Of a stretch of DNA of 64,000 bases, positions 46,269 through 55,131 are shown in pieces. Numbering within the stretch: the first letter of the stretch is position 1; each line of letters begins with the position of its first letter. The notes below the pieces were generated by a model that was given only the letters and a program-made list of their open reading frames with translations, searched no databases and was not told where the DNA came from. A program made the translations under genes and the position numbers. This stretch comes from an uncultured Bdellovibrionales bacterium (GTDB lineage: Bacteria; Bdellovibrionota; Bdellovibrionia; Bdellovibrionales; UBA1609): the NCBI GenBank assembly GCA_938002015.1, contig CALLAU010000020.1, positions 54,700 through 118,699 on the forward strand, given 5' to 3'.

Positions 46269-47138
46269 GTGAATTTAAAATTTAGGGGGAGAAAATTTGT
46301 TACGGCCGCTGGGGGGATACTTTGTGCTTTAACTTTATCAATTCAAGCTTTTGCACAGCTTGATCCATACGATCCAAGTTCACCTAACTATGTAGGGAAT
46401 AAGGTCACAGCTAAAAAGAATAAAAGCCTGATTAGGTTTTCAACTGCGAGTTTAAGTACTGCTGCAGGAAGGTCTTTTGATGAGTTTGGTGAAACTGCAG
46501 TTTTTTATTCTGGAACAGTTGGTTTTAGAGTAGGTGAGAAATGGTCATCTGATGTGACTGTTGATTATTCCCATCCTCTAGATCTTGATGCTGAACGTCC
46601 TGATAGGTGGGAGTTAGAAGATGTTACTCTTAGAGCTGTAAGACCAAATGTTTGGAAATCAAAAGACAAGTCGACTTATATGTCATTACAATTTGCTTTA
46701 AGTCTTCCAACTTCAGGAACTTCTCAAGATTCAGGTATGAGAGCTTCAGCTTCAGTAAGAGCGCCAATAGCAAAAAGAATGGGGAAAGCCACTTTAATTG
46801 TTACTCCAACATTAGTGGTTGCAAATCACAGGTTTGATACTGCAGATGAATTTGGATTTGTGAAGAACTCTCCATACGGAGCGGCTTTAAGTGGAGCTTT
46901 AAGGTATTCAATTACTAGAAAGCTAGCAGTCTTAGGAGCGGCATCAATTTATACTTACTGGGATTATCAAAGCCGTAATAAAAATATTCAAAGCTTAAGT
47001 GCAAGTCTTCAGTACTCTATTTCAAACCACTGGTTTGGAACATTTGGCTACAGGTGGCGAGATAGAATCATAACGAATAACTCTGTATTTGATGATGATA
47101 CATCAAGACTATCAGGGTCACTCACTTACACATTTTAA
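46269..47138 (+). CDS. Putative outer-membrane beta-barrel protein
   Basis: GTG start after GAGGGG. The signal peptide ends in SIQAFA. Alternating beta-strand patterns are present and the C-terminus is ...GSLTYTF. The stop lies 9 nt before the next ORF. Confidence 0.6.
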   Translation: MNLKFRGRKFVTAAGGILCALTLSIQAFAQLDPYDPSSPNYVGNKVTAKKNKSLIRFSTASLSTAAGRSFDEFGETAVFYSGTVGFRVGEKWSSDVTVDYSHPLDLDAERPDRWELEDVTLRAVRPNVWKSKDKSTYMSLQFALSLPTSGTSQDSGMRASASVRAPIAKRMGKATLIVTPTLVVANHRFDTADEFGFVKNSPYGAALSGALRYSITRKLAVLGAASIYTYWDYQSRNKNIQSLSASLQYSISNHWFGTFGYRWRDRIITNNSVFDDDTSRLSGSLTYTF

Positions 47139-47195
47139 AGAAATAATATGAATTTAAAGAATGATAAAGAAAACAAAACGATTGGGGAAAAAAAG

Positions 47196-50100
47196 ATGAG
47201 AAAAATAACTAACTTAGCATTTGCTTTAAGCTTTTTGCTTTTTTTAGGTGGTTGTGTAGATAGCCATAAAGAAAGGCTTGATCAAATCACTCAGGGGTCA
47301 GAAGAGTCATTTTTTGATATCTCAGAAATTAAAGGTATGTATATGGTCACAAACAACCAAGTTGGTTGTAAGACAGTGCCGCTAGAAGGAAAAACTACAA
47401 CTGTTAGTGAGCCTGGAAAGGAAACTATAGTAGTTGAAGAAAGCGGTGGTAATATCACAGAATGTTTAACACCTGCGGCAGTTGCTTTAAGTGAAGACAG
47501 ACCTGTTGTTAGTTTTCATAATGGAAATGGCCCGACTTCGAGCCCTTATACAATTCAAACAAGAGGTGTGATTAGATCTTTAGGTTTAAGTGCTGCAGAA
47601 AAACCTGTTGAAGTTGATGAAGGCTTAAGTATTAAACATACAAGTCTTGTTAAGTTTAGAACAAATTCACCGTTTTTAGCTGCAGGACAGGAGAAAGTTA
47701 ACCTCCCAGGGGATCCAGCAACTTCATATAAAGTTTTACATAAACTTACTCCTCAGCATCTTATTATTATGAGGGTTTCTTCAAAAGAAATGATGGCTCA
47801 TAGAGAATACACTATGGCTGATAATTTAGGAAATGGAGAGTATGCATACCCAATTGCTTACTACAATATTTCTTACTTTAGAAAAGAAAACATCTTAAAC
47901 GCTGATAATGAGAAAACAAACTTGCAGACTTTTGTTCCAGTTGATTCAGTTGATAAAGCAACTCATATTAAATTGAATTTAGAGTCAGGCCTGACTGATA
48001 TGGCTTTGAATAGAAAGCTTAAGAAAGATTTCTATCCAGCTAAATATTTCTTAGGTAGTGAGTGGTATGTTTCTGAATCAGTTGTTGATACAAGGCCAGG
48101 TCTTGAAGGACTTATTGGTACTTCTACGGGCTCATTTGACCTAGATTTTAGATCAGCATCAAAGATCACTTTCTTTAGAACTGATGAAAAGCTTGTTGGT
48201 TATAATATTGGAGTAGATGAAAGAGTTGATATTGACCCTTCAAAACTTTCTCCAGTTGTCGAAATCCCTGCTGAAGGCTTGGCATTTGAGTTGAGTGCTG
48301 ATGGCATTTCTGAAGTTGATGTTAATGCTATTGATAAAACGAAAACTCCGCTCCTTGCAATGAACTTTGAAGAAACGAGTACTTTAAAGAAAAGAATATC
48401 AGATATCGTAAGCTTTACTTTAGGTGCAACTAAAGGTGAATTGATTGACTTAAAGTTTGCTAAAGACAGTTTTTCTTATACTTTGCAAGATGGTGCTACA
48501 GGGAGGCAGGTAAAGTATTCTTTCTTAAGAGCTGACAACAGACCAGAGTATACTGAAAGAAGACATTATGCAGGAGATAGAAATACTTTTGGTTTCTTTG
48601 TTCAAAGAAAAGCTAAGATTATTACAAGTGATGAAAACCATAGAGAAGAAGATATTGAAAAAGACTTCTTTATCCAAAGACATAATCCAAATGAAACAGT
48701 AAAATTTTACGTCAGTCACCTTACTCCTAAGTATGAAGAGACAAGAGTTAATGGCTCAAAAGACCAATTCGGAATGGACATTGATTATAGAGAAATTGCT
48801 AAAAAAGCGATTGATTACTGGGATGCTGCATTTAAAAGAGCTGGAGCTAAAGGTGTTGAATTAGTTGGTGGTAAAGAAAACTCTGCGCCTTATGGTGATA
48901 TAGCTTATAACACAATTAACCTTATTGAGTCTGAAACGGGTAGTAACTTACTTGGTGTAGGTCCATCACTTACTGATCCCTTCACTGGTGAAGTTATTAA
49001 TACAAACTCAAATGTTTATATTGCTCCATTTAGATCAATATTAGCTAATGACATTAGAAATTATATCAAGTCTCAAACAGGTTACCTTGATTCTGTTGCT
49101 AAAAACCTTCCTCCAGAAGGAAAAGTAAACAGTTCTATCTTAGGTGATTTAGTAGGTTCAGGAACAAATGTTCAAGCTTTCTTAGAAAACATTTTACCTA
49201 AGAGACTTTGGAATGTTGTTGCTGGTTTATACCATCATAGCTATGAAGGTATTGGTTTTGATCCTGAGTTAACAGAGTCTCCAACTCTTAATGGATATGA
49301 GGCTATTAATTTATATGGACTTAATAAATTTGATCCTAAAAACTCTCAAATTCAGAGGCTTATAAAAGTTGCTCAAAGAATTCCTGAAGTTGCAGCTTTA
49401 GAAGCTTCAGGGGATGTGACTTTTGATATTAGAAACAGGTCTGATCTTTCTTACCTTGCTTCTCAAGTTGAGTTTTACAGGCCTGCTTTTTATAGATCTT
49501 ACTTCATGACTGAAGATAGAAAAATATCGCAGTATAACTCTTTAAATAGAGATATTGAAAATAAGTGTGAGATGGTAAGTGAGCTTATTAACAGAATTAA
49601 TAATAAAGATATAACAGAGCTTACAACTGAAATTGAAGCCTCGGCACTTCAGTCTTGTATGTCTAAATTGATTCCTGAAAAATTTATGGCTACTTTAGTA
49701 CATGAACTAGGACACAGTTTAGGTTTAAGACATAACTTTAAAGGATCATCTGATAAAAAGAACTTCTTTAATAAAGAAGAGGTTAAAGAGCTTTACGGTT
49801 TAGAAATGAATGACTTAGATCTTCCAAGAAGTTCATCTACTATGGACTATGTAAGGTCTGAGCAAGATAGATTATTCTTTCCAGGTCACTATGATATTGC
49901 AGCGATTAGATACGGTTACACGAATGAAGTTGAACTTAAGTCAAACCAAGAAAGACCAAATACGCTTGGTGGTAAGTACTTAGATATATCTGAGAATATG
50001 GACCTTAAGGCTGATGGTGGTATTGCAACAATCGTGAGTAATTCAGGCGAAACCTTAAGAGACTTTGGTTTTTGTACAGATGCTAAGGCTTCACTTGGTA

Positions 50101-52049
50101 TAGATCCAATGTGTGCAAGACATGATTTTGGAACAAGTCCAGAAGAGTCAGTTAATGATATCATAAATTCTTACTGGGAAAACTTTGCTCTATGGAGTTT
50201 TAGATATGATAGAAGAAGAGCGGGTGTTACGGGTCCTTTAAGAAGAGCTGGTAATCTTGATAACTTAAAGAAAATGTATGATGAGTGGAGATTTCACTTA
50301 GCTGACTACCTTGGTTCAAAAGATTCTGTAAGTAGTGCATATCTTGAAAGGTTCTCTCCTGAAGAATACTCTGAACTTGTTACTGAGCTTTCAAATGACC
50401 CTAACTTTAAAGGTGCTGAGTACTTAAAGGTAAGAAGAAAAATCTTTGATTTCCTAATGGAAGTTACTTTCTTTCCAAACAAATACTGCTTAGCTAATGG
50501 TGAGTTTGGTTTAAAAGCTTTAGAGTTTGAAAAACTTAGAGATGAACTTAAAAACCAAGTTCCAGTTGGAACAAAAGTTACTCAGTGTTCTGATGATTAT
50601 ATTCAAGAGATCATTGCTAAGAAAGGTTTTGCATATATTTCTGAAGTTGGACTTCCAGTAAATAACATGTGGGATTATGTGAACCCTGCAGATACTTTTG
50701 ATCCAAACTTTGCTGATGATACAAGGGGTTTAAGAAGACCTATTGATACTGTTGGTACTTTTGTGGATAGGTTCTTAGCTTCAGGAACGCTGACTTCTAG
50801 ATCATCAGGTTTTGGTTATAAACATTTCTTAGAAAAAGTTTTTCCAAATATCTTAGATGAGCCAGACCTATTCTTAGAGTATGAGCAAAAAGTACTTGAA
50901 AGAGTGATTCAAGGTGTTGATTTAACATCAGTAATATCGAGAGTAGAAGGGATTGAGTTTCCAGCTGATCAAAAAATTCAAGCTGTAAACTATGAAGCTG
51001 AGTCAGGTTTCTTAAAAGCACTTTGGTTATCTCTTGAAAGAGGAATAGGGAATCCGTTTGTAAATACAACTGCTAGACAAGAAAGATATGCTAGATTTAT
51101 TTCTGATGACTTAGATCAAATCGAAAACGCTCAAGAAAACGGTGGCTTCGTTCTTCCTATTGCTAGTGGTGGTAGAGCTTTAATAGTTCCTGGTGATGCT
51201 GAAGTATCACAGGCTTTAGCTCAAAAACTTATTGAGATTAATCAACAGATTTCAGCTGCAAACACAGTTGTTCCAAGTGATGAAGAAGTTCTTGGAAGTT
51301 TACCTCAAGTTCTTGCTTTCATGTCTGAAGGTTTAGGTGACTCTACTGAAATTACTGGAGAGCAGTACCTAGACTTTGCAAGAAGGTTCATAGCTGTTCT
51401 TGGTCAAGTTGATCCGTTTCAAGGTGCTATACTTCAAGACCTTTTCTTAGGTGACCTTGTTCTCTACCTTGTTCACTTAAGAAGCGCTGATGAAGCTATT
51501 CAACAAGCTCAAGCACAAGGTGTAGAACCTCCTGCTGGAGCGATTGAGTTTATTAACTCAACTCTTGCAAGCTGGAATGAAAAAGGTTTAAGCGTTGTTG
51601 CTGAAGAAACTCAAGCAGCTGTGGGCGCTCAACTTCCTCCAGGTGTAGTTACAAGTGTTCCAACGACGAATGCTTTATCAATCACCCTAGTTCAAAAAGG
51701 ACCAGCTTCAGCGAAAACAGCACTTGATCCGATTAGAGAGCAAGTGGCATTAGCTAAAGCTCAGTTTGAGCAAAACGAAGAAGACATTTTTGCTCAATTT
51801 GATTTAATCAGATCAATATTAATTTTTGACACTCAAGAAGCTGCTCAACAATTTGTTGCTCAACTTTCTGAGCTTTTTAGTGATAACGGGGAAGACTCTG
51901 TTTCTCACTATAAGAGAATTTCAAAATCTACTAGAGCTGATGTTAGATTCTATGCTGATAAGTACTTAAAACCTTCGGTTGTTCTTAATAAGTATCTAGA
52001 ACTTGAAAACAAGTTCGATGCTGTTAAGCCTTTAGCTAGAAAGTTTTAA
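47196..52049 (+). CDS. Giant zinc metalloprotease lipoprotein (Met-zincin, DUF4953-like catalytic core)
   Basis: The track ORF starts at 47148. ATG 47196 gives MRKITNLAFALSFLLFLGGC, which contains a lipobox. The zincin motif VHELGHSLGLRHNF lies at nt 49698-49739 and is followed by SSTMDYV, a Met-turn-like segment. The C-terminal ~400 aa are rich in Q, A and E. Confidence 0.85.
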   Translation: MRKITNLAFALSFLLFLGGCVDSHKERLDQITQGSEESFFDISEIKGMYMVTNNQVGCKTVPLEGKTTTVSEPGKETIVVEESGGNITECLTPAAVALSEDRPVVSFHNGNGPTSSPYTIQTRGVIRSLGLSAAEKPVEVDEGLSIKHTSLVKFRTNSPFLAAGQEKVNLPGDPATSYKVLHKLTPQHLIIMRVSSKEMMAHREYTMADNLGNGEYAYPIAYYNISYFRKENILNADNEKTNLQTFVPVDSVDKATHIKLNLESGLTDMALNRKLKKDFYPAKYFLGSEWYVSESVVDTRPGLEGLIGTSTGSFDLDFRSASKITFFRTDEKLVGYNIGVDERVDIDPSKLSPVVEIPAEGLAFELSADGISEVDVNAIDKTKTPLLAMNFEETSTLKKRISDIVSFTLGATKGELIDLKFAKDSFSYTLQDGATGRQVKYSFLRADNRPEYTERRHYAGDRNTFGFFVQRKAKIITSDENHREEDIEKDFFIQRHNPNETVKFYVSHLTPKYEETRVNGSKDQFGMDIDYREIAKKAIDYWDAAFKRAGAKGVELVGGKENSAPYGDIAYNTINLIESETGSNLLGVGPSLTDPFTGEVINTNSNVYIAPFRSILANDIRNYIKSQTGYLDSVAKNLPPEGKVNSSILGDLVGSGTNVQAFLENILPKRLWNVVAGLYHHSYEGIGFDPELTESPTLNGYEAINLYGLNKFDPKNSQIQRLIKVAQRIPEVAALEASGDVTFDIRNRSDLSYLASQVEFYRPAFYRSYFMTEDRKISQYNSLNRDIENKCEMVSELINRINNKDITELTTEIEASALQSCMSKLIPEKFMATLVHELGHSLGLRHNFKGSSDKKNFFNKEEVKELYGLEMNDLDLPRSSSTMDYVRSEQDRLFFPGHYDIAAIRYGYTNEVELKSNQERPNTLGGKYLDISENMDLKADGGIATIVSNSGETLRDFGFCTDAKASLGIDPMCARHDFGTSPEESVNDIINSYWENFALWSFRYDRRRAGVTGPLRRAGNLDNLKKMYDEWRFHLADYLGSKDSVSSAYLERFSPEEYSELVTELSNDPNFKGAEYLKVRRKIFDFLMEVTFFPNKYCLANGEFGLKALEFEKLRDELKNQVPVGTKVTQCSDDYIQEIIAKKGFAYISEVGLPVNNMWDYVNPADTFDPNFADDTRGLRRPIDTVGTFVDRFLASGTLTSRSSGFGYKHFLEKVFPNILDEPDLFLEYEQKVLERVIQGVDLTSVISRVEGIEFPADQKIQAVNYEAESGFLKALWLSLERGIGNPFVNTTARQERYARFISDDLDQIENAQENGGFVLPIASGGRALIVPGDAEVSQALAQKLIEINQQISAANTVVPSDEEVLGSLPQVLAFMSEGLGDSTEITGEQYLDFARRFIAVLGQVDPFQGAILQDLFLGDLVLYLVHLRSADEAIQQAQAQGVEPPAGAIEFINSTLASWNEKGLSVVAEETQAAVGAQLPPGVVTSVPTTNALSITLVQKGPASAKTALDPIREQVALAKAQFEQNEEDIFAQFDLIRSILIFDTQEAAQQFVAQLSELFSDNGEDSVSHYKRISKSTRADVRFYADKYLKPSVVLNKYLELENKFDAVKPLARKF

Positions 52050-52081
52050 TCAAGTACTTTAAAAAAAGAAGTATTTTCTTT

Positions 52082-52114
52082 AAAGCCTCACATTTTTAGT
52101 GAGGCTTTTTTTTC
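52082..52114 (+). terminator. Intrinsic terminator
   Basis: AAAGCCTCAC-ATTTTTA-GTGAGGCTTT forms a 10-bp stem followed by a T-run, 33 nt after the protease stop. Confidence 0.8.
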
Positions 52115-52136
52115 TTTAAAAAAGGGTAATAAAAAA

Positions 52137-52445
52137 ATGTTATCAAAAATTTTAAGTTTGTTCTTTAAAAAGCAAAAAAAAGAGGAGGTTCTTTTTAAAG
52201 AGCCAAGTGAGGAGTTTAAACTTAAATCTAGAGAGCATTTTAAAAACACTCTAATCAAATGTGCAACTGAAGAAGATTTTTCTATTTTAATAGATGAGCT
52301 TAGTTGGTCTTATATAGATGATCTAGGTAGTGATGAACTTGTGTGGGAAGTTGCAAGAGATATTTTTAAGGAAAGAGGTTATAGTAACTCTTATGAAGAA
52401 AAAGTCTCTATTTTATTTGAAAAAATTCAAGAAGATAATAAATAA
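52137..52445 (+). CDS. Hypothetical cytoplasmic protein
   Basis: 102-aa ORF, acidic, with no signal peptide and no domain recognised. Confidence 0.5.
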   Translation: MLSKILSLFFKKQKKEEVLFKEPSEEFKLKSREHFKNTLIKCATEEDFSILIDELSWSYIDDLGSDELVWEVARDIFKERGYSNSYEEKVSILFEKIQEDNK

Positions 52446-52448
52446 AGC

Positions 52449-52733
52449 TTATTTCTTTTTAATACACTGAAGAGGGCGACTTGTATTTGTACTCTTTGAA
52501 TCAAGGTAGTAACAACGAGCAAACTTATCTTCTTGGAAATAAAGTACTTTTGGTGATGGCTTTGCTGAAGCTAGTTCGCGGTACTTCTTAACAGCTTTGC
52601 CGTCCTTGTAAAGCACATACTCTTTTCCATCTAAGATAAAACCTGACTTTCCTGAGGGGGATGAGCAAGCCGTTGTGCTTATTAGAATAAATAAAGCACT
52701 TATGATGTATTTTGTAGTAGTCTTAAAGCTCAT
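52449..52733 (-). CDS. Small hypothetical lipoprotein
   Basis: 94 aa with lipobox ISTTAC. It lies 79 nt downstream of the TonB-dependent receptor gene on the same strand. Confidence 0.55.
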   Translation of the reverse strand: MSFKTTTKYIISALFILISTTACSSPSGKSGFILDGKEYVLYKDGKAVKKYRELASAKPSPKVLYFQEDKFARCYYLDSKSTNTSRPLQCIKKK

Positions 52734-52812
52734 AAAGTCTCTTCGGTAGAAAGAGGTAAATAGTCGAGTTTTGTCTCTAAAGGTTAAAGTCTAGAGGCTT
52801 GGTGTCTAATTT

Positions 52813-54864
52813 TTAGAATTTATAGGCTATATTGATGCCAAAATGAGCTTTTGGGCCACTTTGAGTGTAAAGCTTTGGTTGCCAAGTGGGTGGCTCATTA
52901 GCAAAATAAAAGCCTCTTAGAGCGTATTCTTTGTTAAGAATATTTTTACCCCAAAACCTCATTTTAAGCTTTTTATTTAATTTATAATCTAAGTAAATAT
53001 CAAGTAATTGATAGGGCTTAGACTTTTGATTATGAGCATTTGAAAAATAGAAGCCATCTTTTCCATGAATTATAGAAGCTAGATTTAAGTTCTTATTAAG
53101 TGTTAATTTTGATTCTATTGAGAAGGTGTATAAAGGAGAGTGTGCCTGGTCTCTGCCCTTGTAATTAAGGTCTTCTCGGGTGTATTCATTAAATTTTGCT
53201 TTTAAAAGTCCAATTGAAGCATGTATATCTAAGAGTCTATTTTTAAAAATAGAGGAATCTATTTCAATTCCATAATTTTGAGATTTTGCAGCATTGTCTG
53301 TATATATATAAAAACTACTCGGATCTAGAGGGTCATCTTGAAAAGAAGTTTTTACTTGTTGATTTCTTCTCTTTAAAAAGAAAATGTTTACTCTTGTATT
53401 TAAGTTACTTAAAAGCCAAGTGGCTTCATATTGGTAAAGATTTTCTGCATCAAAACTTTGCTTTTTTTCTTCTAAATTTATATCTGCGTTAAATCCACCA
53501 GCCTTATATCCTTTTGCAAAGCTTAGTGAGATTTCATGATTTAAGTTTAGTTTGTGTTTTATGTTTAGATTTAGGCCATAGTTTAATTCGAGCATTTTAG
53601 AGTTGAAATTTTTAGATGTTTTAAAGCCAAGGTTAATTCTTTCAATTCTAGAATTTAATGAAACCTTTGTTGCTTTAAATTCTTTACTCATTCCAAAGAG
53701 TAAAGAACTGTTTTTTTGTTTAAAATCTGTTCGGTTTTGATCTCTTAAAGTATTATCTTTAAAAGATTTAATATTGCTTTTTTCTTCTTGATTGAAGAAA
53801 TGCAGCCCGCCAGTAATTGTGAGATTTCTTTTTAAAGACTTTTGATAAGTAATTTTTTGATGAAACCTGTTGTTTGTCCTCTTATATGATTTGTTATAGT
53901 TATAATCAGAGTTCCATCCAGGGATGTTATTCCAGTACGCATTGTTTCCCCAATCTTCATCGTAAGAGTATAGGCTTTTGTTTAAAGCATGAGAACTTAT
54001 AAAGCTAAGAGTTTGTGAATCTCCAAGTTTATAATTTAGTTCAACAGAGTTTCCAAAAAGCCTTAGATCATCCTTTCCAGGTTTATCAGAAATAGTCTTA
54101 AAACTATGTTGAGTAAAGTTCCAAACATCATAGCCATTATCTTGGTTAAAATACATATGACTGGTTGCTAAGTTTACTTTCTTATTTTGATAAAGGTATC
54201 TTAAACTAATTGAATCTTCGTTTTGATAATTCGTACTTTTGCTTAAGTAAGTGTTTTTAATATAGTGATCACTCTTAGTTTTTCTTAAATCTATTGAAAC
54301 TGCTGAATTTAAATTTAAAGGAATTGAAAAAGATGTGTTTAAATCCCTAGTGTTAAAGCTTGATAGGTTCATATTTAAACTGGTGTTTTTTTCAATAAGA
54401 TCAGGCTCCTTTGATTTAAAAATAATATTACCAGCAAGAGCACTGCTTCCATAAAAAGAGGACATGGGACCTTTATAAACATTTATACTTTGAGTAGCAT
54501 TTGAGTTAACAGCATTTGGCGTGCCACTTAGATCTATATGATTTAAGAAGACTCCAACAGAGGTATTTGGTGTGTTATCATACTGACTTCTCTCTCCAAT
54601 TCCTCTGATTTGAATAAAGCGAGCTCTATTAGTTCCTCCTGCTGTATTTAAATTAGATATATGATTCCAAATTTCTTCAATATGATTTGTGTTTTTTGAA
54701 TCAAGATCTTTAAAGTTAATAAATTCATGAGGGTTGATATTTATGAAGCTATAAGGATAGGGGTTCTCATAGTAAACGGTGATTCTTTCTTTTGGGGTAG
54801 GTTTTGTTGTTTGGGCGTGAGAACTCATTAAAGAGGCTATTATAAACAGTAAATAAAGCTGCAT
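52813..54864 (-). CDS. TonB-dependent outer-membrane receptor, TPP-riboswitch controlled (probable thiamine or thiamine-precursor uptake)
   Basis: Signal peptide present. Plug-domain motifs are RFIQIRGIG and NVYKGPMSSFYGSSALAGNI. A long beta-barrel ends in ...NIAYKF. A THI-box lies immediately upstream. Confidence 0.9.
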   Translation of the reverse strand: MQLYLLFIIASLMSSHAQTTKPTPKERITVYYENPYPYSFININPHEFINFKDLDSKNTNHIEEIWNHISNLNTAGGTNRARFIQIRGIGERSQYDNTPNTSVGVFLNHIDLSGTPNAVNSNATQSINVYKGPMSSFYGSSALAGNIIFKSKEPDLIEKNTSLNMNLSSFNTRDLNTSFSIPLNLNSAVSIDLRKTKSDHYIKNTYLSKSTNYQNEDSISLRYLYQNKKVNLATSHMYFNQDNGYDVWNFTQHSFKTISDKPGKDDLRLFGNSVELNYKLGDSQTLSFISSHALNKSLYSYDEDWGNNAYWNNIPGWNSDYNYNKSYKRTNNRFHQKITYQKSLKRNLTITGGLHFFNQEEKSNIKSFKDNTLRDQNRTDFKQKNSSLLFGMSKEFKATKVSLNSRIERINLGFKTSKNFNSKMLELNYGLNLNIKHKLNLNHEISLSFAKGYKAGGFNADINLEEKKQSFDAENLYQYEATWLLSNLNTRVNIFFLKRRNQQVKTSFQDDPLDPSSFYIYTDNAAKSQNYGIEIDSSIFKNRLLDIHASIGLLKAKFNEYTREDLNYKGRDQAHSPLYTFSIESKLTLNKNLNLASIIHGKDGFYFSNAHNQKSKPYQLLDIYLDYKLNKKLKMRFWGKNILNKEYALRGFYFANEPPTWQPKLYTQSGPKAHFGINIAYKF

Positions 54865-54867
54865 GGC

Positions 54868-54978
54868 TTGCTCCTATTCCTACGCTAGTTTTAACTAGAT
54901 CAGGTTCGAAGGGATCCATGTATTTCAAGTTTAACACGATCTCAGGCCCTTTATAAAATTTGAGCCACCCCTTAGGTT
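54868..54978 (-). promoter_or_regulatory. TPP (THI-box) riboswitch
   Basis: Minus-strand RNA: CCUAAGGGGUGGCUC...GGGCCUGAGAUCGUG...GGAUCCCUUCGAACCUGAUCUAGUUAAAACUAGCGUAGGAAUAGGAGCAAGCCAUG. It contains the conserved GGGGUG, CUGAGA and ACCUGAUCU(N)nGCGUAGG elements in canonical order. AAGGG/CCCUU and CUAG/CUAG pairings are possible. The SD (AGGAG) directly follows the aptamer. Confidence 0.85.
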
Positions 54979-55131
54979 TTTTTAATTTGTATTTAAATCC
55001 ATCCAATGTTTTGAGTAATTATTCAAGGTGTTTTAGGTTATTGCTTTGCGACATAGGCTTATTGTTTAAGGAGTTTTATTTCTAACATTTTTAGATGATT
55101 AAAACTGTTTTGGTGAGCTATTTGTCTTAAT

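Noticed and set aside
54767-55006. A 79-aa minus-strand ORF upstream of the TonB-dependent receptor.
   Set aside because: It is in a different frame from the receptor gene and overlaps its 5' end. Its upstream portion is occupied by a complete TPP riboswitch aptamer. The RNA element explains the conservation-like structure better than a peptide does.
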